Shown here: one piece after another, positions 13,201-23,951 of the stretch | Position numbering within the stretch: position 1 is the stretch's first letter | Layout: every line of letters starts with the position of its first letter | Source of the DNA: Cyanophora paradoxa CCMP329 | Taxonomy: Eukaryota; Plantae; Glaucophyta | Direction of reading: 5' to 3' | DNA length: 64,000 nucleotides | Assembly: GCA_004431415.1 (NCBI GenBank) | Contig: QPMI01000468.1 | Coordinates: 85,641-149,640 of the forward strand | The notes under the pieces: model-generated | Databases searched by the model: none | What the model was told of the DNA's origin: nothing | What the model saw: only the letters and a program-made list of their open reading frames with translations | Made by a program: the position numbers and the translations under genes

Positions 13201-13439
13201 GGAGGAGCGCCCGGCGGTTCCGCCCGGCCCGCCAGAGGGCGCGGCGCCGCACGCGCACTCGAAGCCGAGGCGGTCGTCGGATGCCGTCCTGTACGCCCGG
13301 TGAGCCCCCCGCATCCCTCAAGCTTGCTGTGCCCTTGCTCATGAGCGTCTTCTTCAAATCTAAATTCCGGTGGGTGCGCAGGCTGAAGCAGGCCCTGGCC
13401 ACGGCTGCCGAGGTCCTTTCTGTGCCGGAGAAAGCGTGA
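2361..13439 (+). CDS. CPLANE1: CPLANE1/JBTS17 (C5orf42)-like ciliogenesis and planar polarity effector, multi-exon
   Basis: Colinear blocks resembling the CPLANE1 N-terminal propeller as I recall it: KNRKPWGRLV, FFAGALETGELLLWNRRQD, VVISDDGKDVLLLGADNRVWLW, WDCDGSTLAVVVN, RSLWVSDLCW, VFSISAHPSEPVVYMCDGY. Then a helical region, a low-complexity region and the coiled-coil MDARLREIERMSDAVD. Last exon ends VPEKA* at 13439. Confidence 0.8.
2972..3080. mobile_element. Intronic hairpin / MITE-like element with 27-bp perfect inverted repeat
   Basis: ACGAGATTTTAGGTGAAAGGGCAGTGG (2975-3001) is exactly complementary to 3051-3077, inside intron 2944-3101. A related inverted copy lies at 62911-62987. Confidence 0.8.
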
Positions 13440-13789
13440 GGGAGGAGAGTGGGAATCGGGGACCGCGCTAGTTTTCATAGTGTAGCCGCAGCTTGACAGA
13501 TTTGGATTTACCTTCCAAGCGAATTTGAAGCCGTAGGGATATTTTCCATGCAATACGTTTAAGAACACAAGTACACTGCACAGAGACTCGGAGATCTAGA
13601 GAGCATTGCACGCTAAATTAGACGTCGACGGGCCACGATATCGATGCCGCAGTGCCATGATGCGACTGAATCGCTTCGCCGAGTCGAGACCGCCGGATGC
13701 GGAGCCTAGAGTCCATGGCCAGACGTCGACTCTAGGGCCGGTCACCGGGTACCAGTAGGGCCCGGGGTTGCCGCTTACACTCAGCCTGG

Positions 13790-13920
13790 CAGTGACTTAC
13801 AAACGACTTACGTAATTATAAGTGACTTCCGAAGTTCACTTGCACTCTACTTCCGGAAGTTCCACTTACGGCCCCCAAAAACCGACTTACGGCCGTAATT
13901 ATAAGTCGTAAGTCGCCCTA
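13790..13920. repeat. Degenerate AT-rich element with repeated GACTTAC motifs and partial inverted symmetry
   Basis: GACTTAC(G) and GTAATTATAAGT recur; reverse-oriented GTAAGTC at the right end. MITE-relic-like. Confidence 0.45.
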
Positions 13921-14542
13921 ATTCGGACCCAAAACGATCTAGAAACACTGTAACGGCGTGTTTCTCGAGCTCGCTCGTTCGGGTTCAGGGCCCGGGGTAA
14001 AGTTCTCAAGTACCGTAGTACCGTACAAGTTCTCAAGGATCGGGTTCAGGATCGTTCTCACTGAGTCAAGCACCGTGGCACCGAGTCCGAAATATTTTGC
14101 AAAATTTTGGGTCCCGTTTTGGCTGACTAAAATTTCTACAACCCTGGCCGGCACCGGCCCGGCGGATCGACGCCTGTTCGAGAGCGTTTTCGTGCGCAAA
14201 AAAGAAAACGCTCCGGATCCGGATTTGAAAAAGATAACGTTCCGGATCTAACAGTAGTACAATGAACTATAGTACCTTTTCACCACAGTACCAGGCCAGG
14301 CTGGGAAATTGCAACTCTGCGGACGCCGCTTACCTTTTGCTGCCAAATTTTTCATTTGGGACCTGCGAACTACGGCTGGTCTGAGCCTGGAGAAGCGAAA
14401 AAATGCCACTGGAAACCGTGCCGAATGGTGTATTTGTCTCTTTCATTTATTGAGTAGAAGAAAAACAAGCGTATCCAGCCCGCGTAGTACTGTGGTTTGG
14501 TGTACCCATGGGACCCTTTCGCTGGCGGAAAACGCCAATCGT

Positions 14543-14712
14543 TTACTACAGCGAGTCGAGTCAAAAAGCTTCAGTCTGAAACTCGGGCGATTTCGTGATT
14601 GATCAATTTAAATCAAATAGGTTGGGTACGTAATAATTGCTTACTACGGCGAGTCGAGTCAAAAAGTCCCAGTCGGAAACTCGAGCGATTTCGTGATTGG
14701 TCAATTTAAATC
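14543..14712. repeat. 72-bp direct repeat, two copies
   Basis: 14543-14614 vs 14641-14712, 7 mismatches by manual alignment. Confidence 0.85.
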
Positions 14713-16037
14713 CATGGACTTATATATATATATATAGCTCACAGCTCGTTTTTTTTTAACCGGTCGACCCAAGTTCACCCAACACGGCTGAAAACCGGTT
14801 AAAATGAAATCGCTCTTCGGCTACATGGGTTGGCTGGGAACGCGGGCTAGCCCGGCTAGCACTTATCTACCCGGAAGCTTGCCGGCTATACGCTGACATT
14901 GGCGCACTAGCCGGCTCGAAGCGGGTGAAAAGTTATCGCGATCGCCGGCTGCCCTAGGCCTTGCCCATACGTATACAACGGGCATGTCGAGTCGATTGGG
15001 CCGGGAAAACAAAACGAGCTGTGCTGTACGGTCTGTACCCAGCTAGCAAGCGGGGGGGGTGCGGGGGGGGCGGAGCCCCCCCTGCTTGTGAAAAAGTGAT
15101 GTGAGCTTTTGCCAAGTTGCCAAGTCGGAAACTTGGAGCCGTGGAAGACTGAAGGCGTGGAGCCTCGAAGCCAGCAGTCGGAGCCCTCGGAGGCTGCCGC
15201 AGTGCATGCCATATGCATGATGCCCGTGGCGCCGTTGCGCCGGCGCAAGCGGCGCCCGGGCAATTTGGCCGCATTAATCTTCCCCCCCGACCACCCCCGC
15301 GTCGCCTCGGCGCGCGCCGCCGCCGACGCTGCCGCCGGGTCCTCGCCGTACCCCTCGAGCTCCCCCAAGGCCGCCCGCAGCCCGCCGCCGTCTCTCCTTT
15401 AAATTTTGCATTGCGGGCGGGCATGCTCCGGCGCAGCGCTAGCTATAGCGGCGCTCCGCGAATCCCCAGACCCCGGCTACCGTTAGTAGACGACTCTTTG
15501 ACGACGACGACGCTAGCGGAGCCCGGCGCTTGCTAGCTATACAGCTAGCGCTGCAGCTAGCTATATAGCTAGCAAGCGCGCTCGAGCTTATGATGATCAT
15601 TCTATGCATATGGGGACTCTGGGGAGGCCCGGCCTACCTACAGGCGGCTAGGCGAGCGAGCGTGCGCGACTAGTACTCTGCGCGAGCGATGTAATTTAAT
15701 TTGGAAGCTTGAAGGCTGGAACGCGGCCGCTCGCGCCGGAAATCGAGCTCCGGCGCGGGGCGCCGCTGTATATAGCTAGAGGCCTAGGCCTAAAAGCTTG
15801 ATCTTAAAAGCCCCGGCCCCGGCCAGGCCTGCACATACGCATGCGGCTGTGCGCTAGCCGCTGAGCCTGTGCGCTAGCATGCGGGCTGATGTGCGCGCTG
15901 GTATGGGTTCTTTGAAATTCAGGGTCCGTCGGTGCGGTCTGCTAGCTGCCCAGCCGATCGCACCGGTCTAAGAGGGGCCCAGCCGATCGCACCGGTCGGG
16001 GGATAAACTTTCACGCCACCGTACGGGTACGTATACA

Positions 16038-17209
16038 TTACGTCGAGCTTGAGGCCGCGTAGGCGTCGACGCAGTCACCGTCCTCCATCCCGAGCGAAGA
16101 AGCGGTTTGGCCTTCTTCAAGAGCCTGCGAGAAGGAAGATCAGATAAATGCCTTGGAAGAGCGCGGCAAGCGCCGAGTTCCTGAAGAACAGCGGTTTTAA
16201 AAGGGCCTCGGTAGCATTGTAATTCAGTGAAAATCGATTTATGATACCTATTCGATGTCGAGCCGCGGGCATAAACGGCGATGGGCTAGATGCCGACGAC
16301 GAACCAAGCCATCAAAAGTCAATTTGACAGACGAAGGGCTCACGCCGCGTTTCCTTGCGTATGCCGCTCGGAGCTTCTCGAGCAACCGGTCGGTCTGGGC
16401 GCGGCGCCGGCGTGCGATAAGCTTTTCAAACAGACAAGAGTTAAAGAATGACGGAGCGCACTGTCTTGACCTTGAAAGGCATCTCGCCGCTACTGTCCTT
16501 GACCTGCACACGTCGAACGCGGTCAGCGTGCGCACTACGACCGCGGAGGACAACCCCAGAGGACCTTGATTGTGACTCTTGGCACGTCCCGTTCGTTGTC
16601 GCTGTCGCGCGCGTCGTCGCCGTCGAGTACGATGCAAGCGTCGGTCGCCGGCGTGGGCTCCTTCGGCGGCTGCCGCGGACGGCTGGCTCCGGCGCCATCC
16701 TGATCGAAAGACGCGACACGCGCTTTCAATCTCGAGAGCAAGCTGTCCTGTACTTCAGCTTTCTCGACTCTGCGCTTCCTTCCCCGTTTGGACGGTGTTC
16801 CAGGACTGGCGCTGGCTGCGCTCGGGCTGCTGACGAGGCCACCGGGGCTGCTGGCGCCTTGCCGCTTAGCCCTGGAGCGGGTGGTCACGCCGGGCGAGGA
16901 TGAGGCTGCCGCACGCGCATCCACCGGCGCTGGCTCGCTGCACGTTGCCTGCGGCTGAGGCCGCGGCCGCGGGGCTGCGGCCGGCTTCTTGGTGGCCACT
17001 GACGGCTCCTCGTCGCTGCTGGAATCGTACTTCTTCTGCGCGATACTTCAGCGTGCGTGAGCGTACGCGCGAGGTAATGGTCCACGCACGGGCATCGGTC
17101 GCCGCGAGCCGCTGTTGTCATCGTCATCGCTGTCGGAGTCCTCGGGCGGCTTCCGCAGTGAGGCAAGCTTCTCAAGCTTCGAGCGGGCGACCGACAACGC
17201 CGCTGACAT
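16038..17209 (-). CDS. Rad60/Esc2/NIP45 (RENi)-type protein: disordered N-terminus plus one C-terminal SUMO-like domain
   Basis: Spliced: RVTIK|VKDSSGEMPFKVKT|TDRLLEKLRAAYARKRGVSPSSVKLTFDGL|ALEEGQTASSLGMEDGDCVDAYAASSST*. SUMO fold without a terminal diglycine; NLS-like KRGRKRR and SIM-like CIVLDGDD upstream. Confidence 0.75.
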
Positions 17210-17587
17210 GTCAGGCTGCTGGAGCGGGCTACTCTGGCGACGCGCTGAGGGCTAATCCGGCGTGTGCAGCTTCCAGCTGACGATTTGGACGAATTCGAAG
17301 GCTCTGGCGTGCGGGCGAAAGGGCTGCGAAGTTCGAACTTGACTGTTTTGACACGGGTCCGGGGTACAAATGCTCTGCCCGGGTACACGTCTCACGCCGC
17401 TGCTTCCCGACCTCTGCCCGCAGCCTAGCAACGTTGACACTGCACATTTCCACCGCCTAGCAGGCGCTGTTTCGCGGACCAGCCCTACGGACAGCTCCGA
17501 ATTCAAATCGAGGCGCGCCCACAGCTGAGCAGCAGCGGGCCGATACCTGCTTTCCACAGCATCGGCCTTGCTGCGCCGTAGGAGCTC

Positions 17588-18312
17588 ATGGAGCTCCCTG
17601 CGAGCCAAGGCCGCGGCTACGCGTTCAAGATGGCGTCCGCGTACCTGGCCATCCTTGCGGACCTGGTTCTGAACTGCGTCATAGACCCGCCCTTCACAAG
17701 CTTCGTTGGAATGATAGCTCTGTTTACGTGCGGCCCCTTCTGCGATCGGCCTCGTGGGGCGCCGCCCTGACAGAGCGCAGCGTTCACGGCGTAGTCGTCT
17801 TCGCCTCAGCCATCGTCATGTACATTCTGTTCATCGACACGCCCTTGCTTCAAGCCGGCCTGTTTGGGCTCTGGTTCCGCGAGTTCCGCTGGCTGTTCAT
17901 CACTACGTTTTCACACATCGTCTTCACCATCGCGCTCCGCGGCTATAGACTCGTGCGCGCCCGTGCTGGCGCCGACCCGAGGCCCCGCCTCAGTACCGCT
18001 GGACGCTCACGCTCTGCGCAGGTTGCCATCGCGGACTACTGGCCTTTCCTGTTCGTGTGGAACATGCCGTTCTACTACATCCTGTATATGCTGCAGAAAC
18101 TTAGTGCGCACTTTCAAGCGGCTCTCTCTTGAATTTTGCCTCACTGCATATTTCGCGAAGTTGCTGCCGCGTACTACGTGGTCTATTTCCGCACGACCTT
18201 CGAACTGGTGAGCTCTGAACACTCCCCGAGCCGTTTTTTCCCAATTCTTAAGCGCATCGGACAGCAATCAGACGTGGTGATCAACCCGATCGTCAAGCTA
18301 AGGAGCGTGTAA
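17588..18312 (+). CDS. TMEM138: TMEM138 (JBTS16) ciliary transmembrane protein
   Basis: ILADLVLN...MYILFIDTPLLQAGLFGLWFREFR...YMLQKL|IAAAYYVVYFRTTFEL matches the TMEM138 pattern (FxxTxxxQAGL; QR/KL..YY..Y.RT). Four hydrophobic segments. Confidence 0.85.
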
Positions 18313-18848
18313 CTTAAGAATTTTCGGGAGCTTTGCAAGCAACGGCAACCTCGTCTCAAATACCGAGTGCGAATCCTGGCCGACCCTTGCCCTCGCAAAA
18401 GCCTGACCGCTCCCCGCAGCGCTGGCGCGGCCCAAAGATATCGCGGCTGCGAACAAGACTGCGAGACGGGCGTGGCTCAGGGCCACCGCAGAGCCGAAGG
18501 TCGCATCGATCGATGCTCTTCCTCCCAGCATCAGCCCCTCGAGCTCGCCGGCGCTAGAGCGTCCGATTGTGGAGGGCGCGGGTTCCGGGCCCCTCCTCCG
18601 TCCAAACCCCCGCTGCTCTTCTGCGTTCAGACCCACATCTCTGAACTTATGCGAAAGTCTGAACATAAGCGTTGAAAAATGATGATGGCGGCAGTTACAA
18701 CTAATAGCGTCCTACATGTATGTTCTCCTGTGATCAAAGCCAAAAGCATGCAAAGAGTATTGTAGGAAAATGAAAAGGTTTAGAGATGGAGCGCCGGGTA
18801 AGAGGCGGGGGCGGGGGGGCGGGGGCGGGGGGGACGCCAGGGTCATGA

Positions 18849-21213
18849 TCAGCGGTAGCCCGGGGCGGCGACGATGCGGGCATTTTGGGGCAGGCGCGGC
18901 GCGAAGACGCGGATGACGTCCGTGAGGGAGAGTACCCCCAGCGGCTCCCCTGCGGCCGGCCCCTCAGGTGAGCCGAGCCGACCCGAGGCGGGCCGAGGCG
19001 AGGAGAGGCAAGGCGTGCGCGCCTGTGGGGGAGACGACCCAGATGCGGTGGAGGTGCTGCTGCAGCATGATCTGCAGGGCCTCCCGGATGGTGGTCCTGT
19101 CCCCGCACGCCACCGGCTGCCGGATGGCGCCCCACGCCTGCAGGCCCGGCGGTCAGGCGCGCGCGCGCGCGCGCCCTCGGCCGGGGCGGGGCGGGGCGGG
19201 GCGGGCCTTGTTGAGGAAGAAGGTGACGGGGTAGTTGAGGTTGCCGATGGTCTCCTTGTCGACCTTGCGCAGGTCCGACGCGGACAGGTTCGCCACCTGC
19301 GTGCGCACCGGCCCGCCCGCCCGCCCGTCGGCCCCGGAGCCGAAGCGGGCGCCCGCGGCGGCGGCGCGCACGAGCTTCTTGGTGTCCTCGTCGATGACGC
19401 CTACCGCGCGGATGTTCTTGTCTGCGTCCGGCCGGCCGGGGGCGTCAGAGGCGCCGCGGGCGCCGCTAGCGCCCGGCGCCAGGGCGGACGGACCGTGCAT
19501 GACGCGGAAGCCTTCGATCGCGCGGTCCCGCGACCGGATGCAGAACGGGTTCTTCGTCGACGCCTCGACTGCCGCGGGCGCGTGAGCCGCCCGAACAAAG
19601 GCGGCGGGAGGCGTGTGAGCCGCCCGGACGAAGGACGGGGCGGCGCACATGCGGTACACCTGTCCATGTGCTCCGGCAGCGCATTGGCGTTGGCGATGAG
19701 GTACCGCGCGACTGCGGCGCGGCTCGACCGGAGGGCGGCCGACAGGCGGGCGGGCGGGCGGGCGGGCGGGGCGCACTGTCGGTCTGGCTGACCATGCGCG
19801 TCGGCCGCGCGACCGACGCCTCGTCGGCGTCGGGCGGGCCGTAGCGGACCATCGCCCGGTGCGCCCCCTGCGCGCCGCGGCTGAGCCGGGGGCCGGGCCG
19901 GGGCGGGGCAGGGGCGGAGGCGGGGGCGGTGGCGCACGGTGGCGAAGGCGCGCACGACGTCCGCGAGCAGATCGTGGGCCTCGCACTGCGCGCCCCGCGG
20001 CTAAGCGGTGGGGTTGGGGGCGGGGGCGGGGGCGGGGCGGACCATCCAGAGGGTGGGGCCCCGAGCCGTGGACTCCATTGCCTTGCGCACGGGCAGCTTG
20101 AGGAACTCCGAGCTGCGCCGCAGCCGCCGCCGTTCGGCCCGGCCCGGGGCCCGGGGCCCGGGGCCCGGAAAGGAGGCGGGCGGACGCACTTCTCCTTAAG
20201 CATCTTCTTGATGGAGGCCTCCGAGAGGTCGCCACCCTGCCGGACGCCGCTCGGCGCGCGCCAGACGGGCGCGGGCGGGCGGGCGGGGGGCGGGCGGGCG
20301 CACGCGGGAGGAGGAGGGGTCGGCGAGCGGGTGGATCATGGCGAACGCGAGGAGGTCGTGGATCGAGACGATTCCCACGTAGCGCTTCCTCTTCTTTCCG
20401 CCGAGCCCCATGAAGCCGCCCTGCCGGCGCCGCTCGCCGCCCGCCCGCGCCGACGGGCATCCCCGGGGACCGGGCCGCACGCACCGCCGTAGACTCGTCA
20501 TACACCGCCAGCGCGTGGATCTTGTGCTCGTCTGCGCGCCGGCGCTCGGCGCGGGGCGGCGCGCCCGGCGGCGCACGGTCGGCGCGGCCGCGCACCCAAC
20601 GTCTTGAGCGCGGTCTGCACGGAGCTATCCTGCCTGACCTCCACGAGGCTGCACAGGGCGGCGGCGCGATAAGGAGCCGCCCGCGAGTTCGGCGCTCGCG
20701 GTCCGGCAATGCGACGCCGGGCACAAACGCGCGCACCTCCCGGGCTTCACAGTGCCAACGGTCGGGGAGTCCAGCAGCGCGTTCACAGTTTTCCCTGAGG
20801 TGCATTGTCAGCCGGAGGACCCGAGACGCTGCCGTGAGAGCAATCGTGCCTTCGAAAAAGAGCCCGAGTTGCGAGTCGTCTCCGAAGGAGCGCGAGTTCC
20901 CGAGGATGCAAAAGCTAGCGGGCGAGCGGGCGCGACCCTCTCGATCAGCATTAGGACAGATCGAGCGGGCCGCGTCACTGACCTCTCGTTTACACCTGGG
21001 CGTAGAGACGTTAAAGCAATCGAGGGACAGTGTTAGACGCCTGGCGAGTCAGTGGCGACGGCCAGGGCGGGGCCAACAAACATTCTGCAAGCGTGTCAGC
21101 GCCATCGAGCCGGCATAAGAGGCCAATGACGCACGATCGAGGGACTTCCTGCTCGATATAACGAGCTTCCCGCCGCCAGGGATTTGCGCCCTGGCTGCTG
21201 GAGAGTCCGACAT
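18849..21213 (-). CDS. Four-CBS-domain protein (SDS23 / AMPK-gamma-like)
   Basis: SSVQTALKTL|DEHKIHALAVYD, YVGIVSIHDLLAF, AHRAMV..MVSQTD|VARYL, AIEGFRVMH|DKNIRAVGVID..VANLSASDLR, TIREALQIMLQQHLHRIWVV..GVLSLTDVI. The 5' end is uncertain. Confidence 0.8.
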
Positions 21214-21581
21214 CCTGATCTACGCCGAACGCCGAGATAGTATGCGAATAGGAACCGCTCACACTTCTCTACCTGCAGGTTCGCAACGGAACAACCCACG
21301 GCGCCCCTGCGGACTGGGCAGTGGCAGCGGCAGGCCGCCTCGCCGGGGGGTACAAGGTATCCTGTCTTCGCTGGTCGGAGGTGGCCGTCGCTCCCGGGCG
21401 CTTTCGTTGAAAACGTTCAGTCAAGCTTAGTCGCATTCGCTAGCGGCGATCTTAACCACCCCCCAGCCGACCGCCAGCTTGAGCGTGCTGAAGGAGCGCG
21501 TGGTGTCTCTGCGGTCGTCTAGCCGTCTAGATTCTCGGTATTTTTCAGCGCCGTTCAGCTGCTCGAGCTGTCCGGGCGAGG

Positions 21582-23678
21582 ATGTCGGGGTCGGAGGACG
21601 GAAGCGACGAGCACGGTTCGGGCGACGAGCACCACAAGAGAGGGCCCGAACTGGCGGCCTCGTGCGCGACGCGGCCTCTCACAGTAGTCGAAAAGAAGCG
21701 CTACAAGGAGTTTCTTGCGGCGTGGTTCAACCAGCTGGGCGACCTCGTAGTAGGCGCCGACGACAAGCGGCTGCGCTGGCGCTGCGGGCTCTGCCAGGAT
21801 TTGATTGTCATGGACGGGTCGCCTGCCGGTATCAGCGAGCACCTCAGCAAGCTGCACCCTGACGTGGACCCTTCCGCCGTCGACTCGCAGCCGTCCAGCT
21901 CGAGCAGCGCGCAGGCGCGTCGGCCCCGCCCCGCCGCGCCCGCGCACCGCCCCGCCGCGCCCGCGCCCCGCCCTCTGAGCGCGCTGCAGTCGCGGACGCC
22001 GAAGCCGCGGCCGCCGCGGGAACTTGTGGTCGACGAGAAAGGGATGACGAAGGAGGCGTTCCGCAACCTGCCCGACGCCCTCCTCAAGGCGAGGGACGGG
22101 GACACGGTGCTCGTCAAGAGCGGCAAGTACCCCCTTCAGAAGCCCCTCTTCATCAGCAAGCGGGTCCGTCCGCGGCGCACGGCCGCGCGCCCGCGCTCGA
22201 TCTGATCGCCGCCTCCCCTCTTCCCCCCAGATCACCGTAAAGGGCGTGGGGCCGCAACGCAGCAAGATCCAGGTCCGCTTGCGCGATTCAAACGCGCGCC
22301 GGCGCTCGCTGACCGCCCGGACGCGACCCGCAGATCTATCTGGCCTCCGGGACCCAGGTGGCCGCGCCTCCCACGCGCCCACCTTCGGCGCAGCCGCCGA
22401 CGCGCCGGCCGCGGCAGGGCTCATCGTTGATCGGGCCGCCGGAGGCGGTGCTGGTGCTCAGCGGGGGTACCGGCGGCATCATCACGAACCTGATGGTCAA
22501 GGGCACGGCGCGGGGCGGGGGCATCCTCGTGCGGCAGGGGCCCTGGGTCATCAGCAACTGCGAGGTCCAGGTGCGGGCGCCCTCTCCCCGTGGACCCGCT
22601 GCGCGCCCTGCGACGGCGCGCCGCGCAGGGCGACACGGGCAAGACGCTCGCGTGCGTCCAGCTGGGGGAGGCCAGCCCTTCTGGGGGCGACGGATGCGCC
22701 GCGAAGGGTGCGCGCCGCGCCGCGCCGCGGCGGCCGGCCCGCCCCGGCGCTGAAACGGCGTGCGTCGTCGCCCAGTGACGGGGTGCGAGCTGCACGGGGG
22801 TACGTGGGGCGTGTACATGGCGCCCGGGGCGGGCCGCCAGGTGGAGAAGTGCGAGATCCACGACTGCACGGACGGCGGCATCGCCTACCGCTCCGCCGCC
22901 CTCAACTGCTTCATCGACTCCAACGTCGTCCACGACATCCAGGCCCGCCCGGCCCTTCCTTTCCTGCTTCCTTCGTGCTCGATTTGGACTTTGCTGACCG
23001 CCTTGTCCTTCCTTGTCCGCAGGGCCCCGCCATCCTCGTCGACGACGACGCGCGTCCCCCCCAGCCGTGCCGCCCCAGCCGTGCCGTGCCGCCTCTGACA
23101 CCGCCCTGCTCCGCCCCGCCCCGCAGGCCTCGGGCGAGGTGGAGGGGAACATGTGCGCCGCCCGGGGCCGCGGCGCCGCGCGGGGCGGGCGGGGGCGTGA
23201 TGCGGGGCGGGCGTGCGCAGGTTCTGGTCCTGCGACGGCGTCGCCGTCTCGTCGCGCTGCAAGGCCTCCTTCGTCAACAACAAGGTACCCCCCGCGCCCT
23301 CCCCCGCCCCCCGTCGGTACAAACAGGGAGTGCATTGCAGAAGTACAAGCAGGAGCCGCCGGGGGGCGCGGCCGCCCTGCTCCCCACGGAGGTCGGGGCG
23401 GTCCCCAGGAGGAAGGTCCCTGTCGAGGTGGATGCCGGGCCTGCCGCGGGCGCCCGCCCAAACGGGCCCCGCGCTCAGATCGAGCTCAGATCGAGGAGCC
23501 GGAGCCGGAGAAGTTCGAGAAGGGCGGCTGCGGCTCCTTCTACTCCTTCAGTGCGGGCCGCACCGCCGCCCGCAGCCGTCGTCCCGCTCAGGAAGGCCCG
23601 AACTGACACCGCTGCCCCCGCCCGCCCCGCGCAGTCAAGATCATCTGCCAGGCGGGCCGGGGCGTCGACGACCACTGA
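21582..23678 (+). CDS. BED-like zinc finger plus right-handed parallel beta-helix (PbH1/CASH-like) protein
   Basis: WRCGLC-x15-HLSKLHP, then FRNLPDALLKARDGDTVLVKSGKY, ITVKG, VISNCEV, VTGCELHG, VEKCEIHDC, IDSNVVHDI repeats. Confidence 0.7.
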
Positions 23679-23951
23679 TGGCGGGCGCGCCGGCGCCGGA
23701 GAAGTCGATATCTAGATCTTCGCTACGCTATACGGGAGCTAGGTTGAATGTCGTTGAACCGAACATAACAACAACATCCCAAGCCTTTCGCACCTTCGGA
23801 GCTCGGCATATACATGTACCCACCCCACATGGGAAAAAGGCTGGCGGCCGGCGCAGTGCCGCTGCCAGCTCCGAGACGCACAATGAACCTTTGATCGCGA
23901 TTTGAGCGACTACAGCAGGCGTGTGCAGCAGCGGAGGTCGCCCTCCTTCCA

